Source of the DNA: Eukaryota sp. TZLM1-RC
Lineage: Eukaryota > Protista > Metamonada: BaSk clade
Direction of reading: 5' to 3'
Length of the DNA stretch: 64,000 bases
Assembly: GCA_040285825.1 (NCBI GenBank)
Contig: JAUPSS010000001.1
Coordinates: forward strand, 3,906,001 to 3,970,000
The position numbers were made by a program, and so were the translations under genes. A model generated the notes under the pieces. That model had not been told where the DNA came from. It worked only from the letters and a program-made list of their open reading frames with translations, and did no database searches. This document shows, piece after piece, positions 1 through 11,899 of this stretch. Every line of letters begins with the position of its first letter. Position 1 is the stretch's first letter.

Positions 1-1545
1 GAAATGGCACTTTGGAAGTCCCAAGGAAACTCTTTTGCATCTGGCTCAATCAAGGACGTTTCGGAGCCGTTCGATGAATTCGTCAAAGGTTGAACCAATG
101 ATTCTGATGTCATCTATGTAGATGAGGACACCATTTCCATAGAAGATGTCAGCCATAACGTTTTGGAAAACGGCTGGGACATTCTTGAGGCCAAAAGCAG
201 CTCGTTTGAACATGATGCTTTTGCCAGGATTGCTCAGGGCTGTTTTCTGCCAGTCCTTTTCAGCAATCTTGAGTCGCCAAAAGGCTTTGGGGAGGTCAAG
301 GGTGCCTATGTAATTCGCTTGGGAAAAAAATACCAGCAAATCGGAGATCCTTGGGAGGTTGGGCTTAATAGGAATGGTGTTGGCGTTGACTCCGTCCTTG
401 CCACTATAATCACCAGTAAGACGGGGTTTATGGTGATCTGGGTAGACCACGGGACAGACAGGGGAGCTGAACTCATGGTTCGATGGAACAGCAAATCCTG
501 AGTCTACGAGTCCGTCGAAAATTTGGTTAGCGACCTCTAGCCTGTCTGGATTCAGGGTCCTGGGGGGTCTTTTAACTCTGACGTCTTCATTGTAAAAGTT
601 GATTTCCATGGAAGGGCAATCAATACCTTCAGCGTGAGGCTTGAGGGTAAACACGTCTTCGAACTCTTTCAAAGTTTAAAGTAGGGACTTCTTGAAATGG
701 TCGTTGTCGAGGTTGATGGTACAACCAGATGAGTTGATGTGTTCCAACCAACGTGTGGAAACGTTGACGACTTCTGAAGCTTGTGATATTGGATGATCGA
801 ATTCGGCTTCAGGTAATAGTAATGTGCGACAGGCGTCGTCCATTCTAATGTAAATCAGCCCAAGGTGACTCAACAAGTCAGCACCAATAAGAATGGTCTC
901 ATGTCCAGGAGTGATACTGAACTTGTGTTTCACGTGTATAATCTGGGTGACGCTACCTAGTCTAATGCTAAGATTTCTAGAAGCAGTACCAATGGACGAG
1001 GTAGTTCCATCAGCAATCTTGTAGGATATGGTTTCGTTGGAACGTGCCATGTTACAATTACTGACGACGTCTTCTGTGACTACTGAACATGTTGCACCAG
1101 AGTCAATTATGCCTTTTCCCAAGACATTGTTGATCAAAAAGTTTAATTGTAGGCAGTTGGTTGTGTGATTCATGGGTTGTACCATGAAAATTGTATCAGA
1201 ATCATGTCCAGTTGGTTCGGCTTGGTCTGAGAAGAAGTTAGCCTGACTGTTGGGTATCTTGGTAGGTTCCAAGTTGGAGATTGGATTGATTAGGGAATCT
1301 TTCCATGCTGAGCTTTCTGTGTGTAATTGTGTTGTTGTTGTAGGGGGTATGGTTTCTAAAGTACATAAGTAGTGACGGGAACGTTTATTGTAAGATGAAG
1401 AGCCTCTGCCTCTGCCGCGAGTGCCTCTTCGACTACGGAAACCAAAACCTCTAGAATTTCTGCCTCGAGCTTGCTGTTGAGCTTGTTGCTCTCTCCACTT
1501 CTTGCTTCTTTGGCAGTCCTCGCTAGGACACCTTTCAGTCGGATG
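1..1545 (-). pseudogene. pol: gag C-terminus / protease / reverse transcriptase in a single frame with two in-frame stops
   Basis: ORFs 676..1272 and 46..672 share a frame and are separated by one TAA (676-678). After the TGA at 46-48 the RT continues as ARCKRVSLGLPKCHF. I read the frame as open from 1545 (HPTERC, RG-rich segment) into the protease. Confidence 0.88.
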
Positions 1546-4500
1546 ACGCTTTGCTTACAGAAGTTGCATTGGACATCAGCGGCCTGGGAAGACGATTGCT
1601 GTAGGTTTCCTCCTCTCTTACTTTGTTTGGGGCGTTTACCTGGACCAGAACCTCGTGGTCTGGGAATGTCAGGTGGGTAGGGAACGACCGTAGGAGGTCG
1701 GCGAGAGGCCTGCTGGTGAGTAATTTGGTTCTGATAGGTGAAATCGACATGCTTCAGCTGTTCCATGAACGATCTGGCGTTACAAAAATTATCGTATTCG
1801 ATTTGGAGAACACTGAAGAATATTCCGAGGGTTTGTCCATCGAATGGGTAATGAAAAGGAGAACACCAAATCCTGAGGACTCTGTCTCTGATAAGGACAA
1901 TCCCAATGCTTTCTAGAACGTGAGTAGCGACTACCCAGTCTGGAAGTCTGTCTGCTGGAGTAGTGGAGCTAATGCAGAATGTTTTCACTTGTTGAGAGAT
2001 GCCCCTAAACTCTTGGGTGGCAGTGGAGCGAGTCAGAACTCTGCCAATGTTGACCATGAAGTTAATCCATTTATTACCATAATCTTTTTCAGTCCAGTCC
2101 ATGTTTGTTGCGAGGAGAGCTCGATTTGTCTCATCCAGTCTGCTGAATTGGGTTCTTCTCAAAATTTGAACCCAAATGATGCGTTCGTCTCTAGGTGTGG
2201 GAACCGTAGGAGATGAGATAACCAGGTGGGAATTTTGGTATCTTAACGCATTTAACACCTCTGGGGTGACACATTCAGCGAGCCCTCGGGGGTTGATCCT
2301 CATTGCTTGGCGGAACAAGTCCCATTCATGAACTGGTTCTCCAGTAATGTTACCAAAATACTCATTTGTCAATGGTTGAGAACCTTCTCTAGTTTGTTCA
2401 AGTTCTTCACGTAGTCTGGCAACTTCGTTAGCTAGAGCTATCTGAGCTGGATCCTTAACATTGCCTCTAGTTTCTCTTAGAACTCGATCAGTACGGCTCC
2501 AGAGAATGAATTTGTTGACCAACTTAAGGATTTTATCAGCATCTCTCAAATCAGCAGCTTCGAGGTATGGACGTTTGGGACGGTCCCTACGTCTGTCGTC
2601 TCGATTTCTTGATCCGATCATAGAATAAAGGAGAAGGCTACTCTCGTAAGTGCCCGAGAATGGTGATTGATGAGGAGCTCGACTGACAGGGGTGATGGGG
2701 TGGGAACTGCATCAGTTGATGTGGTAGGAGTAGGTGACTCGCTACTCACAGTGATGACCTCGTTGTCGGCTTGATCCATGGCAGATTGGTTGGAGGTATC
2801 AATAGAAGGAATTTCATCAGTTTCCGTAGGAAGTTGTGATGGTTCAATGGGTTTTGCAGAAGTCTCCATAGGTTGATTGAGGGAAGGTGGAGCTTCTCTT
2901 TGATGAGGTTCAGGGGAAGGTTTAGTTTCTTCAATCTGGGCTGGAACCTGATGTGAAGAGATCGCTGGTTGAACCCAGCGTGACTTTTCAATACGACCTT
3001 CAACCATGGCCCATTTTAACATTCTGGATTCTATGCACCCACATAAGACAATGACGAGCTGGAGAGCTCTTTGAAGATTTCCAGATCTTCTGTGGTCAGG
3101 ACCACAGTATGATACGATATGATCTGGATGTCTATTCAGGGTTATACAGAACGAGTCTTTCTCCGTATGTGGTTTCAATGAACAACTACCCTGTTCTATA
3201 ATCTCTGTTGATAAGGATATCGAGAGATGCATTGTACCCAGGGCTGAACCTAGGGTAGGGACAAGGGTTATAGACGTTGATGAAGAGGTTATCTTCGTCT
3301 CCAGCGAAGCGTCTGAACACTCCCTCTCGTGTTGTTCCCATGAACCTTACTCCGGGTCTAGGGCCATAAGTAGGTTCAGCGTCATTTCTAAAAGATTCTG
3401 GAGTGATCTTTTCATCGGCGAGATATGGATTAATTCTGGGGGAGATCCATAATCCCAACTCGTTTTGGATTTTAGGACCGTAGAAAGGAGGACGTTTGTT
3501 GCTCCGTGGGAGGGATGGCTTCTGGGTCGTCCGGAATGGCCTGTGGGTCCCTATATCTTGCATAAGGATTGTGCTGACGGGAATTACCTTGATGAACGCT
3601 TGAGCTAGCGTGGTAGCTAGTTTGGGTGGGAGTGGATTGAGCAGGTGTAGAGGATGTTCCTCTTCTAGCTTGAATCATCCTGTCAAGTCTTTCTCTGTGT
3701 CTCCAGTTGCGTCCCTCTCGAAAGTGACGCTCTAAATATTCTTTAGAGACCTCGCCAGTAACTTTGTCAATTTCAGATGAAGGTGCCGTAGGAGGGACAT
3801 GAGGTTGAGATAGAAAGGAGAATTCCTTAAAAGGTCCCTCATAATCCACCAAGTCTGAAAAGATCTGTTCGTACCTTTTCCTTTGCTCTTCAGAAAAATA
3901 CGAAGGAAGGTTGGAAGCACTAGGAGCGGAATCTCTAGCCTGGGGAGGGAAAACAGACAGGTTGTTAACTCCACTTACTGCTGTTGAAGTGAGAGGAAAT
4001 CCTGAAGCTGGAACAACAGGATTTTGACTTGAACTTCTTACAGTTGGAGCTGAAGGAAGTTGGTGAGAAAGTGGAACCTCAGATTCAGAGTAAGGAGATG
4101 AAGTTGGAACTTCAGAGTCCTTTTGAGAAGAAGGAGGTTGAACTCCAGTCCCTACTTTAGTAGCATGGAGAGGTTGAACGGACTCTATGCTTTGGGTAGA
4201 AGATGAAGGTGGTACTTCAGAGCTTCTAAGAGGGCGGGGAGAAGGTGGGACTTCAGATTCCCTAAATGAAGAAGGGTGAGGAGCTTCGGAATCCTCAACG
4301 TCCTCGTCGTCATAGGAGACTAATGAGGGACTTCTTCCTTCCGAAGGAACAGAATCCTTAGGAGGGATGTCTCCTTCTACAAAAACAATCTCCTGAGGAG
4401 GGGAGCTTCCTTCCATAGAAGTGGAATCCTATGGAGGAGAGCTATCTTCCTTTGGGGTAAAACGCTCATGAAGAGGATCTTCAGGAAGTGCAGAGGCTTC

Positions 4501-4639
4501 TACTGAAGGAGGGGGCAGGAAAAGCTTGGTCTGCGGTTAGTTGAGAAGAAGAGGGATCAGTCTCTTCTTCTAGGATCCTGCGTTGAGCCTCTGACGACCC
4601 AATACGTATTGATTGTCGTTGCTCGTTAGATTGCGACAT
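1546..4639 (-). pseudogene. gag: long gag with Pro/Ser-rich N-terminal extension, frameshifted
   Basis: ORFs 3472..4416, 3186..3563, 2618..3232 and 1356..2621 chain by single frameshifts. Restoring 1 nt near 1550 gives the zinc knuckle CNFCKQxRHPTERC. Candidate ATG at 4639 (MSQSNEQRQSIRIG) lies inside the LTR. Confidence 0.7.
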
Positions 4640-4757
4640 ACAATGTGAATGTAATGAAATTTATTACGAAGAGGAATTGTATTCTTTCTTCTTCAACTAA
4701 TAGGCGGAATACTAATAAACTATATAATTAAACTATAAATACTATTCAAGACTAACA
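4610..4757 (-). repeat. putative 5' LTR of the gypsy element (~148 bp, TGTT...ATCA)
   Basis: Starts TGTTAG exactly where the flanking non-LTR reading frame (..GMYENDL) breaks, contains TATA-like and AATAAA motifs, and ends ATCA like the small-element LTRs. The partner LTR is outside the window. Confidence 0.65.
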
Positions 4758-5065
4758 AAAGATCATTTTCATACATTCCAGTCAATCGTTTCTGTAGTTT
4801 TCGAAGAGTGTATTTTAAATTTAAATGATTTTTTCCAGGAATATTACCATTGAATGATTGGGGAAAGCATCGATTCCATTTTTCTATGTCGATTTTTAAA
4901 ATTTCTTCATTTAATTCAAAAATAGTAGAACTGTGCGTTGTCATTAATAAATCATCCCAATCTGCAAATCTTTCAGAAAACTCAAAAATTGCATTTCTGC
5001 ATCCACCGATAAAAGCACAGGAAGTAAGAATTGAGGCCTTTGTCCAATGTAACAATATTGCAAAT
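4758..5065 (-). mobile_element. non-LTR retrotransposon fragment (post-RT region)
   Basis: AFIGGCRNAIFEFSERF...LKYTLRKLQKRL aligns by eye with AFIGGGKNFVFEFSRRY...LKFALKKLQRHL of 36365..37723. Confidence 0.8.
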
Positions 5066-5107
5066 TTCTACCAAGTTTTTGAACAGAATCAATTAAGCAT
5101 CTCAGAA

Positions 5108-5178
5108 TCCCGTGTGGCGCAATTGTCAACGCATTCGACTCCATCGAAAGATTGTGGGTTCAAATCCCACTGCGGGAG
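5108..5178 (+). tRNA. degenerate tRNA with 5-nt anticodon loop (Arg CCG/CCT- or Trp CCA-like), probable pseudogene
   Basis: Cloverleaf: acceptor TCCCGTG/TGCGGGA, A-box TGGCGCAATTG, anticodon stem TTCGA/TCGAA with loop CTCCA, T-arm GTGGG-TTCAAAT-CCCAC, G discriminator. Confidence 0.75.
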
Positions 5179-5328
5179 GATTAAGTTTGTCAAGAGGTGA
5201 TGATCCAAACCAACAAAACGTTATGTATCCTCAAGTTTTGGGCAGACAAAATTGTGATTGAGGTTATAGTGAAGATATTCCTGGGGAATTTTCCCTGATT
5301 GAACGAACTCAACACACGTTAAAAATGT

Positions 5329-5757
5329 AATGTTGCAAATGATTCTTTGGTTCACAGAAGAAAACTTAATCCTGTAAGTACTCTTGATTTTAAAGCTAAA
5401 GAAAAACATAGAAAATATGATAAAGATATTGAACAAGCTAATGCTCGTAGAAATACACAGCTAGTTTTTATTGCTTTCCCATTTTCGATAAAAGGAAGAC
5501 TATCAGTAGAAGCAGAAATTTTTTTTGAATGATTTCCAAAAAATGTTCAAGAAAGAATGATTTGATATTTTTTTATAACGTTTTCGGATGCAATTTGCCA
5601 TTATTAATAGATTACCTCGGTTTTTCAATCGAATAAGAGAAGCTTTAGCTAGACAGCAAGCAGATCAAGATTTTGTGGAGGAAATCTTGGTTCATTGATT
5701 TTCGTCCCATTAGTTATGACTTAATTTAATCAAGTGTGCAAGTTTAATAAATAATAA
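5329..5757 (+). mobile_element. RLE non-LTR retrotransposon 3' fragment (EILVQ-ending family)
   Basis: KEKHRKYD...FIAFPFSIKGRLS; clearly homologous to 38270-38750. Confidence 0.8.
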
Positions 5758-6747
5758 TTTTTTTATGTATAAAATTTTTTTATTAACAACAATTGATCAA
5801 GTCTTTCAACATCCACATCGACTTTCGACCTCTTCTTCAGCCTCCCCAATTCTTCACTTTGCGTCTCCACGACTGACATTAATGTGCAAGTTTAATAAAT
5901 TGTATAAACAAAAATAGGAAATGTAACATCAAATCTGTTTGTTTTACCTTCAATGATTCCAACTATCATTGCGAACATTTGTTTTCTTGCTATCTTTTTT
6001 GCTTATTTAACATAAATATTTAGTGTAATTCTAAAAGATAAGTATGTGTGGTAAAGCTTTGTGTTTTTACGTTGTCAATATTGATGACTTATTTTGTTTA
6101 TCAAATTTAGATAAAGTCTTTTCATCACAACTTTTCTGACTGTGCAAAGGTGATAGGCCATCGTTTTTTCAATGAACTCCTTCTTAGCTGAAGCGGTTTC
6201 CACTTTTTCACCCTCCTGATGCAGAAATTTGTTCTTCGTCTCTTCATACCGAGTTTCTATAATGTAGATCATACCTTCAATAATGGTTCTACAAAAACTA
6301 TTGGCTACTACATGTTGTGCACGTATTTTTTGTTCTAGCATCATTCAAAAAATTATTTGCGGCCAGAGTGATTGCTGGTAAATAGTTTTTTCCTCTTGAT
6401 ATGTGATTTCTGTTACAAGCGCAGTTTCGTTCTATTTGAAGGCATTAAAGGTAAATTTTGCTAATCATTTAGTCACTGCAGCCATAATAGCTCACAGAGA
6501 ACGGATATTTTTACGGTTGATGGAGCAAATAAACAGGAATTGTTTCTAAATAATTTGAACTGTTGGTTTCCACTGCAGTGACCAAAAAATGCTTTATTAA
6601 ATTACAAGTACTAAACATAAACTATCGCCACGTCATCACACGTGATTAGATAACAACATTTTATAACATTTTGTAACATTTTATCCAAAATTTAATAGAA
6701 CAACTTTGTTTCACAATGGGTTTAATCGAAGTTTATTGCTATTCTAT

Positions 6748-7070
6748 TGTTGTTGTTACTGATGAACTAACTTGGTAGACAGATGAGGAATTTACATGAT
6801 GACGTGGCACTTGTTCAAGAACAAGTATTTTTATTAATACAGCTCTCTTTTCTCTCTTTACTTCTTTGGTATTTCTGCCTAACGGCATCAATAATTATTG
6901 GCCCTCATTGCAGATAATATCTACACGCGACCTTGGCGAATCTGACCATGAAGGCTGAGTCAGGCAATTTCAGTCCGGAAGCCCTGCTTTTCGCCTGAAG
7001 AAAACGTCTCAGGAAGCAGGACATACGTTCACGGACGTCGCCCTTACGGACATCAATCTTCAACTCAGAC
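6748..7070 (+). mobile_element. rearranged gag-only LTR element: 143-bp LTR, palindromic junction, inverted gag fragment
   Basis: TGTTGTTG...GGCATCA at 6748-6890, then CAATAATTATTG; 6930-7070 matches the gag of 14667..15380 on the minus strand. Confidence 0.8.
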
Positions 7071-7334
7071 ATGAAATGATAACCAAAGCATTGTTTTAGT
7101 GAGAAGGAAATGATGAAAATCGTCGACTCAAGAGATTTGCTGATTAAATACAAATTTATTTTAATTTAAATTTAATTTGTATTTAATTTGTATTGAAGAT
7201 ATTTAGTTCAAATTTGATTTAGTTTTAACAAAATCGTTTTTCAACAATAGAAAACCGTTTAGGTCTACAGTTCTACCTTTAAAACATACTTAGCCTCAAA
7301 CGTCCACAACATATTCATCTCAACACAGCTCCTC

Positions 7335-9836
7335 ATGGATGTTTCCGACGGCTTCTTAACGACACGAACATTGACGAGCAATCAATTCGAACGCTTTCAT
7401 AGAACTCTTTTGAGAGCATGGAACCAAAACCAGAGAGAAGATGGAAGTGTTCTGTTTGGTGATCTTCTTCATCATTTTCAACAACAGAAACCTGGTGAAG
7501 AAGCTAAGGATTTGTTGCTATTAGCTGTTGCAAGAGGGGTCCACAAAGACATCCCATCACTTTACTCATATGCTGCAGAACCCAAAGAACACATTATACT
7601 CACTTTTCGCACTGATGAGGGGGAACTGCGATTTGAAATGCAGAAAGAAGCACCCTCCACAGCTCCACCAATGAAAGGTACCTCATTCTCCATTATGAAT
7701 GTGCCATATCAGAAGCCCGAGTTCTTTAACGAGTTTCCCACCCTTCTACTGAAGTATTTGGAACAAGAAGCACGTCTATTAGAGAAGTATCATTCAAACG
7801 TCTTACCCTTCATCAATTCAACAGGAACAGGTAAAACACGGTTTATGATTGAATCATGCAAGTCTATTCAGTCCAGAGATGATTTAGAAGCAGTATATTT
7901 CACGTTTCCTAGATTCTCAACGGAAGGTTCTGATTCAGTACTGAGGACAGATCCTCTTGCTACTGCTGATTTCACTGGTTACTTCCGCCAGTTAATGTAC
8001 AATGATTACACTGAAGATAGAAAGCAAAGGGTCCGCCGTATTGTTTTTGCCTGCCAGTGTTTGATGGCTTCTGCCCTGAAACTTGGTCAAAGCTATCAGA
8101 CTATGGAAAGGGAATACTTTGAAACACTACCAACCAGTATGGTGAACAAGGCAGGAGAGCTGTTCACAACATATTATACTTCTTCAGATAATATTGCTCT
8201 CCAAACTACCAATATGTTGAATTCACTATCCCTTTTAAATTCAACCAAATATGTTTTATTTTCAGATGAGGTTAGTTCACTTATTGGTACGAGTTTCGGA
8301 TCTATTCGCACCAAAGCCTACTTTAACGAGGCTAGTGATGGTTTGGATTGTGATTGGAATTTCTTCCGTTGTTGGCGACATGCTGCTAGAAACTTACTCC
8401 TATCAGGAATACAACTAATCGTAATTGTTGCTGGAACTCATACTGCTCTACATCACTTTTGTCATGATGTTGTCAAGTCCTTGTCCTATAGACCGTTTAC
8501 ACCTGGTAAAAATGACTATATGGTGGATGAAGTACGGAGCGGTACTACTTTACCCCCAATCTCTACTGGTTGGGTTCAGATTTTTGATGATTCTCTCCCT
8601 CTAACCCATAGAAGTCCTGATGTATCACCATTACTTTCCCTAGTCAATGCAGCTTCTTGTAGGCCATTGTGGGTTGCGTATGCACGTGATTCGATCAATT
8701 GGGGTTCTTTTGAACGTAAAATAGTTGAAAAAGCACAACACGCTTTCAGTGAAACCGATGTCGACCAGTACATGGCAGCCATACTTTCCGTCATTCTAGA
8801 AGGTACAGCAATCCATGAAACTGTGTTGACAAAGTTTGTACATTGTACATTTGCCATGGTTGATTTTACTTGTGCTCATATCGGAACAGAGCAGAAGTAC
8901 TTTTCGTTTCTGCTCCCAACCGTTGATCCATTGATTGCTCACTGTGGATGGCAGCTTCTCCTCCAGTTAAAGGATAATGAGTGGCAACATGAACTGACGA
9001 AGGTGCTGAGGGAATTGATAAGCACGCATGTTGCACCAACTACCTTTGGAATCTTGGTTGAACCAATTGCAGTAGCATTGCTGCTTTTTTTGTTTCAATT
9101 CCAAAGATCTCAACAACCACCAGAAAAAGTTAAATACTTTGTTAACTTGTATCCAATATTTTTGGAACATTTTTTGGCAGCATTTTGTACATCATATAAC
9201 ATACCCGAAGCACCCAGTGGTTGGACCTCTCCATGGGTTCTCTCAATTGCAGAATCAATGCTACTTCATGATAGGAGTGTTCTCACAGATAGTCGGTCTT
9301 TTTTCCTTTTACTCTTAGGTGCATTCATTTTCAGAACGATCGTCTTATTACCTGATAGAACTGAAGCCGTTGATGCAATCATTCCATTAATTCGTTCTAA
9401 CAATGATTCTTCAATCAGTCTTCCATCGCTGTTTGCAATCCAATCAGCCATTGAAAGTGGTAATGGTCACCAGTATCTTGGATACGTCAAGATTCAAATC
9501 AAAACCTCTACGACAGTTTCAACGAAACGGGTCTTTCAAAGCCTACGTTCAACACATTTTGGGTCACAAGCATGCTATAGTGTATGTTTGCTCTTATCAT
9601 TGGGTAATAGGAATGATCTAACTGCACCAGAGTTAACCTCATATCAATCAAATGAAGATCCTAGGGTTTACGTGGCAGATGAAGCAAAGTTTTCCATTGT
9701 CAAACAGGCAGTGATGACGTTGAAAAATGCCTTGGAGGTTCCTCAACACAAATTTCGAGTCAGAAACAATGGTGAAATTATTGATAAACCTTGGACTAAA
9801 GTAGAGAGCTTATCCCCTGAACATTCACCTAGTTAA
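7335..9836 (+). CDS. P-loop NTPase + restriction-endonuclease-fold protein (Crinkler/RHS-type), copy 1, 833 aa
   Basis: Walker A INSTGTGKTR, Walker B VLFSDE, IVIVAGT sensor-like strand, and C-terminal AVDAIIP...KIQIK (D...QxK nuclease-like motif). Confidence 0.8.
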   Translation: MDVSDGFLTTRTLTSNQFERFHRTLLRAWNQNQREDGSVLFGDLLHHFQQQKPGEEAKDLLLLAVARGVHKDIPSLYSYAAEPKEHIILTFRTDEGELRFEMQKEAPSTAPPMKGTSFSIMNVPYQKPEFFNEFPTLLLKYLEQEARLLEKYHSNVLPFINSTGTGKTRFMIESCKSIQSRDDLEAVYFTFPRFSTEGSDSVLRTDPLATADFTGYFRQLMYNDYTEDRKQRVRRIVFACQCLMASALKLGQSYQTMEREYFETLPTSMVNKAGELFTTYYTSSDNIALQTTNMLNSLSLLNSTKYVLFSDEVSSLIGTSFGSIRTKAYFNEASDGLDCDWNFFRCWRHAARNLLLSGIQLIVIVAGTHTALHHFCHDVVKSLSYRPFTPGKNDYMVDEVRSGTTLPPISTGWVQIFDDSLPLTHRSPDVSPLLSLVNAASCRPLWVAYARDSINWGSFERKIVEKAQHAFSETDVDQYMAAILSVILEGTAIHETVLTKFVHCTFAMVDFTCAHIGTEQKYFSFLLPTVDPLIAHCGWQLLLQLKDNEWQHELTKVLRELISTHVAPTTFGILVEPIAVALLLFLFQFQRSQQPPEKVKYFVNLYPIFLEHFLAAFCTSYNIPEAPSGWTSPWVLSIAESMLLHDRSVLTDSRSFFLLLLGAFIFRTIVLLPDRTEAVDAIIPLIRSNNDSSISLPSLFAIQSAIESGNGHQYLGYVKIQIKTSTTVSTKRVFQSLRSTHFGSQACYSVCLLLSLGNRNDLTAPELTSYQSNEDPRVYVADEAKFSIVKQAVMTLKNALEVPQHKFRVRNNGEIIDKPWTKVESLSPEHSPS

Positions 9837-10769
9837 TTTCAGAAATAAAGCTAAACTTTATCTTTTATTTAACAAACCTACACCAGTTCTATGATGGCAG
9901 GTTCTGAAGACTCGTTTTTGTTACAATAAATTTATATACATCAATTGTTAAACTTGTGTTAAGTTCGCTAAATTGAAGCAGTGCACAAAGGTTACAACTA
10001 GAGTCCATTTGAATTGACACACAATATTCTTTTACAACATTAATAAACCTCAAAGACATAATCCATGTGATGTCATTGATTCATTACAATGCATTGTCTT
10101 GCTGCGGTTGACAACAGAGCACCCGCGAATGGTTTCCTGCTCTTCCAACAAATAGTAATAATTATTCCTTGCTGTACTGCTCACTCGTTCAGGTAGAGGT
10201 CTCTTCTGACTACGATGTCCTTCCACTATGTATCTCTCCCCCTTGTTTGCCTGATCACATCTCCTGAACTTTGAACGAATGGAAGTTTGTGCTGGAGAGA
10301 ACTGCCCACGATTTAAGGAGGAAAACACTGTCATGCATGTTTGTGCATGATTTGTTTATATTAGGGGGTGTTATGTGAAGGATCACGCTTCTAACCAGAA
10401 CCACTCCATGCAGTTGTTTTCAATCGAAATTGAGTCTATTCCATTCATTATGGGCCACCCTTATGCTCTCTTGAATGGCCTTCTTAACATTTGGAATAAT
10501 TTTCCTTGCTTCAACTCTGGTTGATGATTCCCTTAGAAGTTGGCTCAAAAATGATTAATTCAGTTTAAGAATTAACCAAATTTGTTTTCTCACTTGCTGT
10601 TTTCTGTTCTTTAATTGGCTGACTTCGATCGATCGGTCAATTTGTACTTGGTTGTTGTTAACTTTTCCACTGAATTTATATTTATTGTTTGTTTTTATTT
10701 TTATTTTTTGTATTTTTTTGTTAATCTCTATTTAACTGTTATAGTCGTTTTTTCTTAATTTCATCAACA

Positions 10770-11253
10770 GTGGTATTTTTTGGCAACAGTACAATTTTTA
10801 TTTCTTTTAATAACAAACCCACCAAAGTTGAGGGTTTAACTAATATTGTTGTTTATATTTGTGGCCATAACGGTATTTATATTACATTAACACTAATAGT
10901 AAAGTATTTGTTCAAGGATGAGTAGAATAAGTGAATTATTTGGAAGATCAACTGCTCAAAACATTGTGATATTTCATTTTTGATCGAATCAAGGTTGCAG
11001 AAGAGTCAATTTAATCAAATCGAATGATGGCTACTGAAATACCTTCTATATTATGCTTCAATGCATAACTATCTTCGTAAAAATCACTGATTCTGCTCAA
11101 CTTACCCCACACAAAAACTTTACCATTGTTGTCAATGTCAGCATAAATACCATTGTGACCACTAATAGAAACCACATTAGTTAAACCTTGAACTTTGGTG
11201 GGTTTGTTATTAATAGAATTTCCATTCAGTATTCTAAAACTGTTCATTTTCAC
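10770..11253. pseudogene. two oppositely oriented RCC1-repeat-like gene remnants (related copies at ~15730-15990, 20220-20697, 25100-25360, 40624-41110, 46700-46960, 55520-55780)
   Basis: PTKVQGLTNVVSISG...DNNGKVFVWG resembles an RCC1 beta-propeller repeat; all copies are broken by stops or frameshifts. Confidence 0.55.
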
Positions 11254-11899
11254 TTAATCATTGGATGAATTTTTTTGTCAGTAGATTGTTTTGTTTTTCC
11301 TCAATGATTCAAATGTATGATCATTATCTTCAATGTTTTATTGAACGGTATTTTTATTGAGAAAAGAAATTCTATCTAGTATTCGATATAATCTTAATTT
11401 CTTTAATGTTGTTGGTGTAAAGAATTTTTTAAAAACGAAGAACTAAGTTTACTAAGTATGAGCTTATGTATAATTCAATCAGGTTAGTGCGGCATACCTC
11501 TTAATTTCAATTAAGTTTGGTTAAACAAATGAATACCTTTTTGGCTTCATACGACAAAGTAGGGTTTGATCAACACAGTGTCGATCAATCAGTAGATTGA
11601 ATTATATCACCTCTTAACACAATCGCTGCATCATCAATCATGCAACATAAACTTAAAAAAGAAAAAACATTCCTCTGTTGTATATCGTTTGCTTAAATTA
11701 AATTTATAAATTATTAAATAATTCCATTTGTTTTTGAGTGACAGAAATTATAGGAACAACAAACATGTAAACTCATCTACGTTAAAAAACCCATTGGTGA
11801 ATGTACTAGAAACAAGAACAGCTCCACAGAATGAAGTATAAATACCCACAAAGCTAAAACAGACCAAAAAACACTAAAGAATTAAATACAGGGAAACCC

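Larger units (their letters stand above)
1..4757 (-). mobile_element. Ty3/gypsy-type LTR retrotransposon, 5' part (continues off window start), decayed
   Basis: Order is LTR, gag with CCHC, aspartic protease (IIDSGAT), RT (TLDLPKAFW, FGLKNVPAVFQ, YIDD). PR directly followed by RT is the Ty3/gypsy order. It is inserted into a non-LTR fragment. Confidence 0.92.

Noticed and set aside
1540-1560. Programmed gag-pol frameshift
   Set aside because: The shift splits the CCHC knuckle, so a 1-nt deletion or sequencing error is more likely.
5130-5150. Short-anticodon-stem UGA-reading tRNA-Trp
   Set aside because: The defect is a shortened loop, not a 4-bp stem with a normal loop; UGA is used as a stop in the kinase gene.
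6075-6344. Possible DNA-transposase fragment
   Set aside because: No catalytic motif or terminal inverted repeats that I can support.
8576-9621. Short antisense and alternate-frame ORFs repeated within the NTPase genes
   Set aside because: Shadow ORFs conserved only because the DNA copies are nearly identical.
10050-10550. Small ORF repeated downstream of each NTPase gene as an antitoxin or partner
   Set aside because: Length and frame vary, copy 3 is largely deleted and there are no motifs; shared presence is explained by the duplication.
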